The notes under the pieces are model-generated. The model was not told the DNA's origin. It did not search any database and saw only the letters and a program-made list of their open reading frames with translations. From contig DYES01000069.1 of NCBI GenBank assembly GCA_020725585.1, forward strand, positions 1,750 to 65,749: 64,000 nucleotides of DNA, in the 5' to 3' direction. The translations under genes were made by a program, and so were the position numbers. Position 1 is the stretch's first letter. The number at the start of each line of letters is the position of its first letter. Positions 1 to 8,646 of the stretch are shown here, piece by piece. This DNA comes from Desulfovirgula sp. GTDB taxonomy: Bacteria; Bacillota; Desulfotomaculia; Desulfotomaculales; Nap2-2B.

Positions 1-134
1 TTGACATCGACTAAAATGAGATCTGCGCCCGCATCGGCAAACCTAATTGCCATCGCCCTACCAATGCCTGAAGAGGCGCCTGTAACGAGTACCCGGCGTC
101 CTTTCATTGAAACCAGTTGCGTCAGTGTTTCCAT
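1..134 (-). CDS. short-chain dehydrogenase/reductase (SDR), first ~44 codons only; gene runs off the left edge
   Basis: The reverse complement reads METLTQLVSMKGRRVLVTGASSGIGRAMAIRFADAGADLILVDV. This contains the TGxxxGIG dinucleotide-binding loop of classical SDRs. A GGAGGAG Shine-Dalgarno lies 7 nt upstream of the ATG at 134. Confidence 0.7.
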   Translation of the reverse strand, partial: METLTQLVSMKGRRVLVTGASSGIGRAMAIRFADAGADLILVDV

Positions 135-291
135 ACGACTGCTCCTCCTTTAAAATGAGGGATCTACAAAAAATTTTTAGACCGGCTTTGTTGAACTTAC
201 TGGTGGGTCTTTTGATGGCCAGTTCGGTGATTTTCAAAACCAGTACTCCCGCTTTATTTAAGCTGTTTTAATCTTATTGATTTACCTACCG

Positions 292-303
292 ACTGTTCAG
301 TAT
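292..303. promoter_or_regulatory. candidate TetR operator copy (ACTGTTCAGTAT), upstream of the truncated SDR gene
   Basis: It matches the reverse complement of 932-943 at 11 of 12 positions. It contains the inverted repeat ACTG-nn-CAGT and lies in the intergenic gap between the TetR stop and the SDR start. Confidence 0.35.
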
Positions 304-319
304 TGAGGAGGCAAAAAAA

Positions 320-919
320 TTAACGAAACCCTTTTTCAATTAACCTGCGAAATACCGGCAAAGCCTCGTTTAAAGAAAACGCGTCGGGGTCAACCAGCCA
401 CTGGAAGCTGAGACCGTCGAAGGCAGCAATCAACATGGCTCCAGCCACTTTCGGGTCAGTTTCCAGGTTAAAGTAACCGTCTGCTATCCCTTGCCTGATC
501 ACTTCGGCCAGCATTTCGCGATACCGGTTGTAAATATTGCGGAGCCAGGTTTCAAACTCTTTATCAATGAGGACGACTCCTTCATAGTGAAATACTTTTA
601 TTAAGGCGCAAAAATCCCTGTTTTTTTCATAATAATCAAGGCAGGCCCTAACGGTTGCTAAAATTCTTTCAGGTGGTGGAACGGCTGAGGAAAGAGCGAA
701 AGAAATCAATTCGTCTAGCTCTTTCAGTCTATTTTCAATCAGGAACTTAAAAAGCTCGCGCTTGTTTTTAAAGTGCCAGTAGATGGCACCTTTGGTTAGG
801 CCCGCTTCGCTGGCAATATCGTCCATGGTGGCCTTATGGTATCCTTTGTTGCTAAAAATCCTAACGGCTGCCTGGCAGATTCTTTCAAAGGTGGTTTCTT
901 TGCAATTCGATTCCGTCAT
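320..919 (-). CDS. TetR/AcrR family transcriptional regulator
   Basis: 199-aa ORF. The N-terminal helix-turn-helix ATMDDIASEAGLTKGAIYWHFKNKRELF is the TetR signature. A GGAGGG SD precedes the ATG at 919. Confidence 0.9.
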   Translation of the reverse strand: MTESNCKETTFERICQAAVRIFSNKGYHKATMDDIASEAGLTKGAIYWHFKNKRELFKFLIENRLKELDELISFALSSAVPPPERILATVRACLDYYEKNRDFCALIKVFHYEGVVLIDKEFETWLRNIYNRYREMLAEVIRQGIADGYFNLETDPKVAGAMLIAAFDGLSFQWLVDPDAFSLNEALPVFRRLIEKGFR

Positions 920-931
920 TTTTTTCCCTCC

Positions 932-943
932 ATACTGAACGGT
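932..943. promoter_or_regulatory. candidate TetR operator copy (reverse complement ACCGTTCAGTAT) between a TTGACA box (975-980, minus strand) and the TetR SD
   Basis: Second copy of the motif at 292-303. Its position over the likely promoter/5' UTR of the TetR gene suggests autoregulation. Confidence 0.35.
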
Positions 944-1322
944 TAATTAAGAAGTTAGCAATATAAACTTGAAATGTCAAGAGAAGTAAACAGAAATGTA
1001 GCTTTCGCCAGGGCATTTTTAAGCAACTATCCTTATCTTTTGTTAGGGATTTGCTGGGGGCATAAATTCTTCATTGTCATCGACGAGGGCGCATCCAGCC
1101 AGTGCGGACTCATCTCGGCCAAAACGCAGGAACTTCGCCTACACCGTTAACCCGAAAAAAGATAATAATGAAGGAGCCCACTAGGTCTCTGTTTTGCGCC
1201 GCCGGATTTCCTCTGGTCCTTAAGCTTCCTGTTTCAGGAACAGTGCAGGCGCACCTTCATGGCTCCTTCCATGTTCTTTTCACGGTTTACCAACGGTATC
1301 TATATACAGCCTTTTTACCTCT

Positions 1323-2504
1323 TCAACATCGCTCAATGATTGTAGCCACCCCCTGCCCGCCGCCGCAGCAGGCCGTGATTAACGCGTAGCGCCCCTTTTT
1401 GCGGTGCAATTCGTAAACGGCCTTGACGACCAAAACGGCCAGGGAAGCTGCAATGGGATGGCCCAAAGCAATGGCCCCGCCGTTGGGGTTAAACTTATCC
1501 TGATCGCGCCAGTCGATGCCTAGTTCACGGCAGCAGGCGATGGCCTGGGCGGCAAATGCTTCGTTGAGTTCAATTACATCTATCTCATTTATGGTGAGGC
1601 CGGCTTTTGCCAAAGCCTTGCGGGTAGCCGGCACGGGACCGATGCCCATGATGTTCGGATCTACGCCGGCGGCGGCAAAAGAGACGACGCCGGCAAGTGG
1701 TCTTAAGCCCAATTCTTCTGCTTTTTCCCGGCTGGTTACCACCAGGGCTGCCGCGCCGTCGTTAATCCCCGAGGAGTTGCCGGCGGTAACGGTGCCGCCG
1801 GGCTTGAAGGCAGGCGGAAGTTTGGCCAGCACCTCAAGAGTTGTGTTGGGGCGCGGGTGCTCGTCGGTGTCAAAGAAGACGGCTTCCCCTTTCTTTTGGG
1901 GAACGGCCACGGGGACGATTTGTTCTTTAAACCGCCCTTCCTTAATCGCCCTTATTGCTTTTTGCTGGCTCAAGCAGGCGAACTCATCTTGTTCTTCCCG
2001 GCTGATCCGCCACCGTTCGGCGACATTTTCGGCCGTAATGCCCATGGGCGGGTCGCCGATTTCGCGGGGGGCAACAGGCCTTAAATGAATCCAGTTGGGA
2101 GCAAAGCGTTGATAAGCTGTCGTAGGTTTTTCCAGCAAGTAGGGCATGCGGGTCATACTTTCCACGCCCCCAGCAACATAAACTTCCCCCGCACCAGCCT
2201 GGATCAGGGCGGCGGCCAGGTTGACGGCGGTTGACCCCGAACCGCATTGCCTGTCTACAGTAATGCCCGGAGTTTCCATCGGCAGGCCGGCTTTCAAAAG
2301 AGCCATCCTGGCCATGCAGCCGGCCGCCCCCAGGCAGTGCCCAAAAATTACTTCGTCAATGATTCGAGAATCGGTAATCCCGCTTCGCCGAACAGCCTCC
2401 TTAATGACCAGGGCGGCGTAGTCCTCCGGAGGGATGTCTTTTAAAGCGCCAGCTTCTCTGGCTATCGGCGTTCTCACTGCACTGACGATCACTGGTTGGG
2501 ACAT
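1323..2504 (-). CDS. acetyl-CoA C-acetyltransferase / 3-ketoacyl-CoA thiolase (classical thiolase)
   Basis: 393-aa ORF with thiolase hallmarks: nucleophile loop [29 protein letters not shown] and C-terminal CCGGGQG. Confidence 0.93.
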   Translation of the reverse strand: MSQPVIVSAVRTPIAREAGALKDIPPEDYAALVIKEAVRRSGITDSRIIDEVIFGHCLGAAGCMARMALLKAGLPMETPGITVDRQCGSGSTAVNLAAALIQAGAGEVYVAGGVESMTRMPYLLEKPTTAYQRFAPNWIHLRPVAPREIGDPPMGITAENVAERWRISREEQDEFACLSQQKAIRAIKEGRFKEQIVPVAVPQKKGEAVFFDTDEHPRPNTTLEVLAKLPPAFKPGGTVTAGNSSGINDGAAALVVTSREKAEELGLRPLAGVVSFAAAGVDPNIMGIGPVPATRKALAKAGLTINEIDVIELNEAFAAQAIACCRELGIDWRDQDKFNPNGGAIALGHPIAASLAVLVVKAVYELHRKKGRYALITACCGGGQGVATIIERC

Positions 2505-2674
2505 TAACGTTCTCCTTTCTCTTCTTCGGCAATGAGCACACGTTTTAAAACCTTGCCCACAATCGACTTGGGCAGCTCTCGACGAAACTCGATATGCGTA
2601 GGAATCTTAAACCTGGCCAGCTTGTCTTTGCAGTATTCCTTCAAATCTTCCGCCGTCATTGTTTCCGCAGCCAT
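2504..2674 (-). pseudogene. 56-codon remnant of the C-terminal domain of an AMP-forming acyl-CoA ligase
   Basis: Not in the ORF track because it is under 60 aa. It translates to [56 protein letters not shown]. This parallels the last ~45 residues of the ligase immediately upstream (TEQEIIEWCKEKMAAYKYPRQVEFVESLPKSGAGKILRRLLR). Its TAA overlaps the thiolase ATG by 1 nt. Confidence 0.5.
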
Positions 2675-2687
2675 TACACAACACCCC

Positions 2688-4319
2688 CTACCTCAGCAGT
2701 CTCCTCAAGATCTTTCCGGCGCCGCTCTTAGGCAGGCTTTCCACAAACTCCACCTGCCGCGGGTATTTATAGGCAGCCATTTTTTCCTTGCACCACTCGA
2801 TAATTTCCTGCTCGGTAACCTTTCCCCTGTACTCGGGCTTGAGAACTATGTAAGACTTCGGCTCTTCGCCGCGGTAGGGGTGCTCCACGCCGACCGTCGC
2901 CGCTTCCGCCACCGCCGGGTGCCGGTACAAAAAGGCGTCTATTTCGGCGAGAAAGACGGTATACCCGGAAACTTTAATCATTTCCTTCAGGCGGCCGACT
3001 ATCCTGACCCAGCCGTTTTCGTCAATCGTGGCCATATCTCCGGTCTTCAGCCAGCCGTCCTTCGTCAGCACCTTTTCGGTCTGTTCGGGCGCCTTCCAGT
3101 AGCCCTTCATCACGCACGGACCCTTTACCCACAGTTCTCCTTCCTTCCCAAAGCCCACCTCTTCACCAGTTTCCGGATCGACAATTTTTATGTCGTGGTA
3201 ATAAAGCGGGCTTCCCACCGTGCCCGGGGAAAACTTTTGCTGGTTATTCCCGACGATCCCGCCGGTTGCTTCGCTGAGGCCGTACCCTTCGATGATGTCG
3301 GTTCCCGTTACGGCCTTCCAGCGCTGGTGAATTTCTAAAGGTACGGCGGCCCCTCCCGAAAGGACGAGGCGCAGCGATGAAAAATCGTATTTCCCTACGT
3401 CGGGCAAATTTATTACGGCCACGTTAATGGGGGTGATGGTGACCCACACGGTAACCTTGTATTTTGGAATTACTTCCAGCATGGGGATGAGGTCGAACCT
3501 GGCGAACAGGATTATGGTGCCGCCGGCGGCCAGCGCCGGGTTCATGGCAATGTCCAGGCCGGTAACGTGAAAAAGCGGGAGCACCACCAGGTGAACGTCA
3601 CGCTCGGAATACTGGTAGTAATGCCTGATTCCCGCGCCGTGGACGGCCAGGTTCCCGTGCGTGAGCATAGCGCCCTTGGGAAGGCCGGTAGTTCCGGCGG
3701 TGTACTGCAGAAGGGCAACATCTTCATCCAGGTTGATCGTCACGTCAGGAGGTTTGGCTTCCGTCTCTTCAATCAATTTCTTAAAGTCGATGGTTCCCGG
3801 GATCTCCTTTTTGGCCGTCGACATGGAGGGGTGCAGGGGGATGGCCGGCTTTTCGGGAAGGTAATCGGCAAAACTGGTGATAATAACATTTTTGACGTTG
3901 CATCTCCCTCTTATTGACTCCAATACAGGATAAAAGAAATCTTCCATAACAATTGTTTCGACGCCGGCGTCGCGCAACTCGTGCTCGAGTTCCTCGGCCT
4001 TGTACATAGGGCTGCAGTTGGCGACAATTCCTCCCATTTTTAAGATCCCGTAAAAAGCAATCACGAACTGCGGGCAGTTTTCAAAATAAAGGGCCACCCG
4101 GTCGCCCTTTTTTACTCCTAAATTAACCAGAGCCGCCGCAAACCGGTCGGAAGCGTCGTCGAGCTCCCGATAGGTTATTTCCCGCCCGTAAAAGTTGATG
4201 GCTGTCTTTCCGGGATTTATCCGGGCCTGTTTTCTGATTTGTTCAAAAATCGGTTCTGTAGGCAGGGGGGGCACCAGGGGTTCTTGCTGCGGCCAATTTT
4301 GCACCCAAATTCTTTCCAT
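2688..4319 (-). CDS. AMP-forming acyl-CoA ligase (long/medium-chain fatty-acid-CoA ligase family)
   Basis: 543 aa. It carries the AMP-binding motif LQYTAGTTGLPKGAMLTH, then GYGLSEA and TGDMATIDENGWVRIVGRLKEMIKVSGYTV, and the C-terminal PKSGAGKILRR. Confidence 0.9.
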   Translation of the reverse strand: MERIWVQNWPQQEPLVPPLPTEPIFEQIRKQARINPGKTAINFYGREITYRELDDASDRFAAALVNLGVKKGDRVALYFENCPQFVIAFYGILKMGGIVANCSPMYKAEELEHELRDAGVETIVMEDFFYPVLESIRGRCNVKNVIITSFADYLPEKPAIPLHPSMSTAKKEIPGTIDFKKLIEETEAKPPDVTINLDEDVALLQYTAGTTGLPKGAMLTHGNLAVHGAGIRHYYQYSERDVHLVVLPLFHVTGLDIAMNPALAAGGTIILFARFDLIPMLEVIPKYKVTVWVTITPINVAVINLPDVGKYDFSSLRLVLSGGAAVPLEIHQRWKAVTGTDIIEGYGLSEATGGIVGNNQQKFSPGTVGSPLYYHDIKIVDPETGEEVGFGKEGELWVKGPCVMKGYWKAPEQTEKVLTKDGWLKTGDMATIDENGWVRIVGRLKEMIKVSGYTVFLAEIDAFLYRHPAVAEAATVGVEHPYRGEEPKSYIVLKPEYRGKVTEQEIIEWCKEKMAAYKYPRQVEFVESLPKSGAGKILRRLLR

Positions 4320-4445
4320 AAAAAAGCACTCCCTTCTAAAAATGTCTAGATCATTGGAAATTGATAACGCATATTAAACATTCTAAACCGCCAGCTTAAA
4401 AAAAGATAAACAACACAAGCAACAGATGTCGATTCTAACTCCTAT

Positions 4446-5603
4446 TTAAACCAGGTCTAACAGGGACCCGAGAGTATTTTTCAGCGCTTCCGCGGTTTTA
4501 AAACCGTCCAGCAAAACCAGGGAATCGCGCACGTACCGCTGGGCGTCGTACTCCATTGTGTACCCGTAGCCGCCCAGTATCTGCAGGCAGTTTAAAGACG
4601 CCTTCCGGGCTGCCTCGGAAGTATAAGCCCTGGCCACCGTGGCTTCGGGAAGGGAACGTCTGCCCTGCTCGGCCAGCCAGCCCGCACGGTAAGTAAGGAG
4701 GCGCCCGGCTTCGATGTCCACGGCCATGTCTACCAGCATGTGCAGGACAGCTTCAAACTGAATAATCGGCCGTTCGAACTGGATCCTTTCTTTGGCGTAC
4801 CCGGCAGCGTAGCTGTATGCGCCCTGCGCTATGCCCAAAGCGCAGGCAGCCGTCTCCAGGTTCTCGGACTCCAGAACCGTCTTTAGCTGCTCTTCTCCGT
4901 GGTTTAACCTCTCCGGGCCGCCAAGCAGGTTTTCCTGGGGAACCGGGACGCGTTCAAACTGAACCGTCCACAGACGCATACCCTTGTTGCCAAACTTTTC
5001 AATTTCCTTCATTTGTACGCCAGGGCTTTTGCTATCCACAATGAAGAGGGAAAGGCCCCTTCCGGCACTGTTCTTGCCCGTCCGGGCAGAAACCAAAAAG
5101 CAGTCGGAACGCTCCGCCAGCCTGACAAAAGACTTGGTCCCGTCCAAGAGAAAACCGCTTGTGCTCTGCAGAGCAAAGGTGCCTGCGGCTGTCCCTGAAC
5201 AGTCCCCGCCGGACTCGTATAGCCCGTACGAAAAAAGAAGGGAACCCTCCGCCAGACCGGGCAGGTATCTTTCTTTTTGCTCATCACTCCCCAATTCGGC
5301 CAAATTTTTTCCCCCGCAAAAGGCGGAGCCAATGAAAGCCCCCGCCAGGGCCGGATAGATGGCAGACAGCTCTTCGACCACTACTACGGCCCCTACGACG
5401 TTTTGCCCGCCACCGCCGTATTCTTCAGGAATGACTAGGCCACAAAAGCCCATTTCAGCAATTTTATAGAGCATCTCCCCGGGGAACTCTCCCTGCTCGT
5501 CCAGCTTTTGCACCTTTTCACGCGGGCATTCTTTGGCGATAAATTTTCTAATCGTCTCTTTAATCGCCTTTTGTTCATCGGTAAGCTCAAAGTGCATCTG
5601 CAA
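4446..5603 (-). CDS. acyl-CoA dehydrogenase
   Basis: 385 aa. ACAD-type C-terminus QILGGYGYTMEYDAQRYVRD and typical length. The canonical xYEGT catalytic loop is not evident (it reads LLDGFKT). Confidence 0.85.
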   Translation of the reverse strand: MQMHFELTDEQKAIKETIRKFIAKECPREKVQKLDEQGEFPGEMLYKIAEMGFCGLVIPEEYGGGGQNVVGAVVVVEELSAIYPALAGAFIGSAFCGGKNLAELGSDEQKERYLPGLAEGSLLFSYGLYESGGDCSGTAAGTFALQSTSGFLLDGTKSFVRLAERSDCFLVSARTGKNSAGRGLSLFIVDSKSPGVQMKEIEKFGNKGMRLWTVQFERVPVPQENLLGGPERLNHGEEQLKTVLESENLETAACALGIAQGAYSYAAGYAKERIQFERPIIQFEAVLHMLVDMAVDIEAGRLLTYRAGWLAEQGRRSLPEATVARAYTSEAARKASLNCLQILGGYGYTMEYDAQRYVRDSLVLLDGFKTAEALKNTLGSLLDLV

Positions 5604-5631
5604 CTCTCCCCTCGGATTAATGCTACAGCTA

Positions 5632-6711
5632 TTACTTATTGATTAAATAAACCAACAACGTGGCCATACTCTCGAGAAGCTCCCGGGCGTCCTTTTCCGC
5701 AGCTCTTCTTATGGCCCTGACCCCCTGGTAAGCTTCTTTTATCGTTAGAATTATGTTCCCTAACATTTCTAAATAAGCTTCCAGATGGTCGCTTTTCTCC
5801 TGATCGAACGCGTCAATGGCCATGGCGCCGGAATCAAGCGCAAAGCCGATGCCCTCACCAGTCCCGGGGGCAAGCAGGCCGGCGGCGTCTCCGGCCAGCA
5901 ACACACCGCCCCTGCCCAACGGAGGCAGACCGGAAAAAAGCTGCCGGTAAAGCAAAGGCTCAAGACACCCTCTCTTAAAAATCACCTCCTGGATGCATAG
6001 GCCAAAATGCCTTTTTAAAAGATCAAGGCCCCAGTTGCGAATATGCAAATAGTCCTTGATCGGCGCCCCGACTTCGAAGACCATCTTTTCCTGCTTAAAA
6101 TGCAAAGCCGCATAATAAGGCGCAAAGGCTTTGTCTGTAAACACGTGGATATACTCAGGAGCCAGCTCTGCCGTCCCCTGCATCACCTCCTGGTATCCGC
6201 AGGCATAAAAAACCTTCAGGCCTGAATAGACTCGCTTTCTGACCCTCGAAAAACCGCCGTCGGCCCCCACAATTTTGCGGGCAAAAAAAGTCCGTTCCTC
6301 CCCGAAGGTTTTGCAATACACCTTATAACCGTTGCTGCAGCACTCAAAGTTCACAAACTCAACACCTTCGAACGCTTCCACTCCTGCTTTCACCGCCTGT
6401 TCCAGCATCCACTGGTCGAGTTCGCACCGCCAAAAGGCGGGCATCGGCCAGTCTACGGTGCAGGCTGGGCCAGCCCCTACGTGGAGGCAAAAACCCCGGT
6501 AATTCTGGTGAAAAAGTTGATCGGGAGGCCAGCCGGCAAAGGCCTGCCGGGCGGCTCTCTGGGCCGTTTTGCCTACAATCAGCCCCGAGCAGACCTTTGC
6601 CCTGGGAAAATGCTTTTTTTCGACCAGCAGAGTTTTTAAGCCTTTGCCGGCCGCCCTGACGCCCGCCGCCGCGCCTGCCGGCCCTCCTCCGATAATGGCA
6701 ACGTCGTACAT
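5632..6711 (-). CDS. FAD-dependent oxidoreductase, geranylgeranyl-reductase-like family
   Basis: 359 aa. N-terminal YDVAIIGGGPAGAAAG...LLVEKK FAD-binding fold and the GADGGFSRVRK motif typical of the GGR/FixC-type flavoproteins. Confidence 0.78.
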   Translation of the reverse strand: MYDVAIIGGGPAGAAAGVRAAGKGLKTLLVEKKHFPRAKVCSGLIVGKTAQRAARQAFAGWPPDQLFHQNYRGFCLHVGAGPACTVDWPMPAFWRCELDQWMLEQAVKAGVEAFEGVEFVNFECCSNGYKVYCKTFGEERTFFARKIVGADGGFSRVRKRVYSGLKVFYACGYQEVMQGTAELAPEYIHVFTDKAFAPYYAALHFKQEKMVFEVGAPIKDYLHIRNWGLDLLKRHFGLCIQEVIFKRGCLEPLLYRQLFSGLPPLGRGGVLLAGDAAGLLAPGTGEGIGFALDSGAMAIDAFDQEKSDHLEAYLEMLGNIILTIKEAYQGVRAIRRAAEKDARELLESMATLLVYLINK

Positions 6712-6756
6712 TGTAAACCTCCTAAAAGGAACACCCTGAAGAGCTAATCTGCGGAC

Positions 6757-8466
6757 TTAATAGTCATCCTTCACCGCGTCCCTGAGCTCCCTCTTCAAGA
6801 CTTTACCCACCGGGTTCCGCGGCAGGCCCTCGACGATCTTAATTTTTTCCGGAAGCTTATAAACGGCGATGTCCTTTTTTCGGAGGAACTCAATGATCTC
6901 CTCGAGTGTAACGGTTTCTCCCTTTGCCGGAACGACCACCGCGCATATTCTTTCGCCCAATTTTTCATCCGGGTAGCCTACGACGGCCACTTCGGCAACC
7001 TTCGGGTGCTCGATGATCAGGTATTCGAGCTCTTCCGGCGAAATGTTCATCCCGCCCCGGATGATCAGGTCCTTTGACCTGCCGCAGAACAAGTAGCGGT
7101 TCAGGTTATCCCCTTCACCCTCAATGGCAAAAAGGTCGCCGGTGTTGAAATACCCTTCATCATCGAACGCCTTTTTTGTAAGGTCGGGGCGCTTGTAATA
7201 CCCGGCGAACACCGCCGGTCCTTTAATGCACATTTCGCCTGGGACGCCTTTCTCGGTAATCACTTTTTTGGTTTTCGGATCAACAAGCTTTGTCAACATC
7301 TGGTTGCCCATCCTGACCTTCCAGGTGAATCCCGGTACCCCCCAGCGCGGAAAGTACTGCGCCCTCTCGTCCGGATTGGGAAAATCTTTTGGGCCGCTGA
7401 CCAAAGAAATGCCTTCGTTGGAGCCGAAAATGTTGATGACGTAAATGCCGTACTTTTCCTGATATTCCCTCACCATCCAGGGAGAAAGCGGCGCCGCTCC
7501 TGATCCAATGGACTTAACCGAACTTATATCCACGCTTTTGAGAATAGCCGGATTTTGCAGCAGCATGTTGAGCAGGGCCGGGGGGACCACCGTGTAATTT
7601 ATCCTTTCCGCCTGGATCTGCCCCAGAAAAACCTGCAGGTCCAAAGGATGGTGGAGGACAAACTTTCCCCCTGTAAGCAGCCAGGGTACGAACATCCCTC
7701 CGATGGAAGCCATGTTGATAAACGGAAAGGGGTTTAAAATGTTGCAGCCGGGATCCATTTCGCACCCTTCCACCAACACGTTGGCGATGGATATCCAGTG
7801 GTTGTGGCTGCGCGGAACTCCTTTGGGGTCGGCCTCCGTACCCGAGGTCCAGCAGATGGTAAATACGTCGTTGGCCGTCAAATTGATCCCGGCCAGGTAA
7901 TTCTCCAGAGTCTTTTCGGATCTGGATAAAGAAACGAGGTCTTGAAAAGGAACAACCCCTTCCGGCAGATCGTTGCCAATCCCGATGATTATCTTCAAGC
8001 TGGGAAACTCCGGCTGTAGCCCCCTGACCATCTCAACGAAGTTAAAGCCGCCGAAGTTCGCCGTTGTAACGAGTGCCTTCGGTTCGGTAAGCTTCATGGT
8101 GTGCCTTAATTCGTGCGTCCGGTACTGCACGGGCAAAGGACTGGCCACCGCACCGATGCGCGCCAAGGCCAGGTAAACGCAAGCGAGCTCAACGATGTTC
8201 GGCAACTGCACCATGACGATGTCGTCCATCTTAATGCCCAGCTCAAGAAATCCCGCCGCCAGCCTGTCGACCGTCTGCCTCATCTCGGCGTAAGTCAAGC
8301 GCAGCGGTTCCCCCACGGTCAGCTTGGCGCGGTTGGGCGGGTCCGCCACCGCAATTTCGTCCGGAGTTTTTTCCGCATTCTTTAAAAAGAGGTCGACAAT
8401 TGTTTCCTTTCCCCACCAGCCTTTCTCGGTGTACTCTCTGATCTGCTCTTCAGAGCATAAAATCAT
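6757..8466 (-). CDS. AMP-forming acyl-CoA ligase
   Basis: The ORF runs 6757-8484. The likely start is the ATG at 8466 (MILCSEEQ...), preceded by GAGGGAGGTG. Motifs: CWTSGTEADPKGVPRSH and TGDLFAIEG...GRSKDLIIRGGMNISPEE. Confidence 0.88.
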   Translation of the reverse strand: MILCSEEQIREYTEKGWWGKETIVDLFLKNAEKTPDEIAVADPPNRAKLTVGEPLRLTYAEMRQTVDRLAAGFLELGIKMDDIVMVQLPNIVELACVYLALARIGAVASPLPVQYRTHELRHTMKLTEPKALVTTANFGGFNFVEMVRGLQPEFPSLKIIIGIGNDLPEGVVPFQDLVSLSRSEKTLENYLAGINLTANDVFTICWTSGTEADPKGVPRSHNHWISIANVLVEGCEMDPGCNILNPFPFINMASIGGMFVPWLLTGGKFVLHHPLDLQVFLGQIQAERINYTVVPPALLNMLLQNPAILKSVDISSVKSIGSGAAPLSPWMVREYQEKYGIYVINIFGSNEGISLVSGPKDFPNPDERAQYFPRWGVPGFTWKVRMGNQMLTKLVDPKTKKVITEKGVPGEMCIKGPAVFAGYYKRPDLTKKAFDDEGYFNTGDLFAIEGEGDNLNRYLFCGRSKDLIIRGGMNISPEELEYLIIEHPKVAEVAVVGYPDEKLGERICAVVVPAKGETVTLEEIIEFLRKKDIAVYKLPEKIKIVEGLPRNPVGKVLKRELRDAVKDDY

Positions 8467-8646
8467 TTCCAGCACCTCCCTCATTACTTAAACATTTTTT
8501 TAGAAAACTTTTTAAAACTCTAACAAGTGCCTCTTTCTAGGAAACTCTTCCCCTTTTTAGCGTCTTGGTTGTTACTGCTGCTTTCGCACAACGCCATGCT
8601 CCACAGCCTCAGCAAACGGTTACACGAAGGATACATGGCAAAACAC

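Noticed and set aside
1102-1389. 95-aa plus-strand ORF in the thiolase/TetR gap.
   Set aside because: Its 3' end overlaps the thiolase coding region, it has no SD, and its composition is not protein-like. The ~400-nt gap (920-1322) does contain short coding-like stretches on the minus strand (for example ...LAGCALVDDNEEFMPP), but I could not assign them to any family, so I report no feature.
2532-3338. Long plus-strand ORFs antisense to well-supported minus-strand genes. Examples are 2532-3338, 9103-9909, 11122-12144, 13434-14231, 23503-24303, 38925-39521 and 62131-62775, along with the many 60-190-aa ORFs in the track.
   Set aside because: Each lies entirely inside a minus-strand gene with clear family motifs. 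Their translations are Arg/Pro/Gly/Ala-rich low-complexity strings typical of antisense frames of G+C-rich coding DNA. None has a convincing SD or start context.
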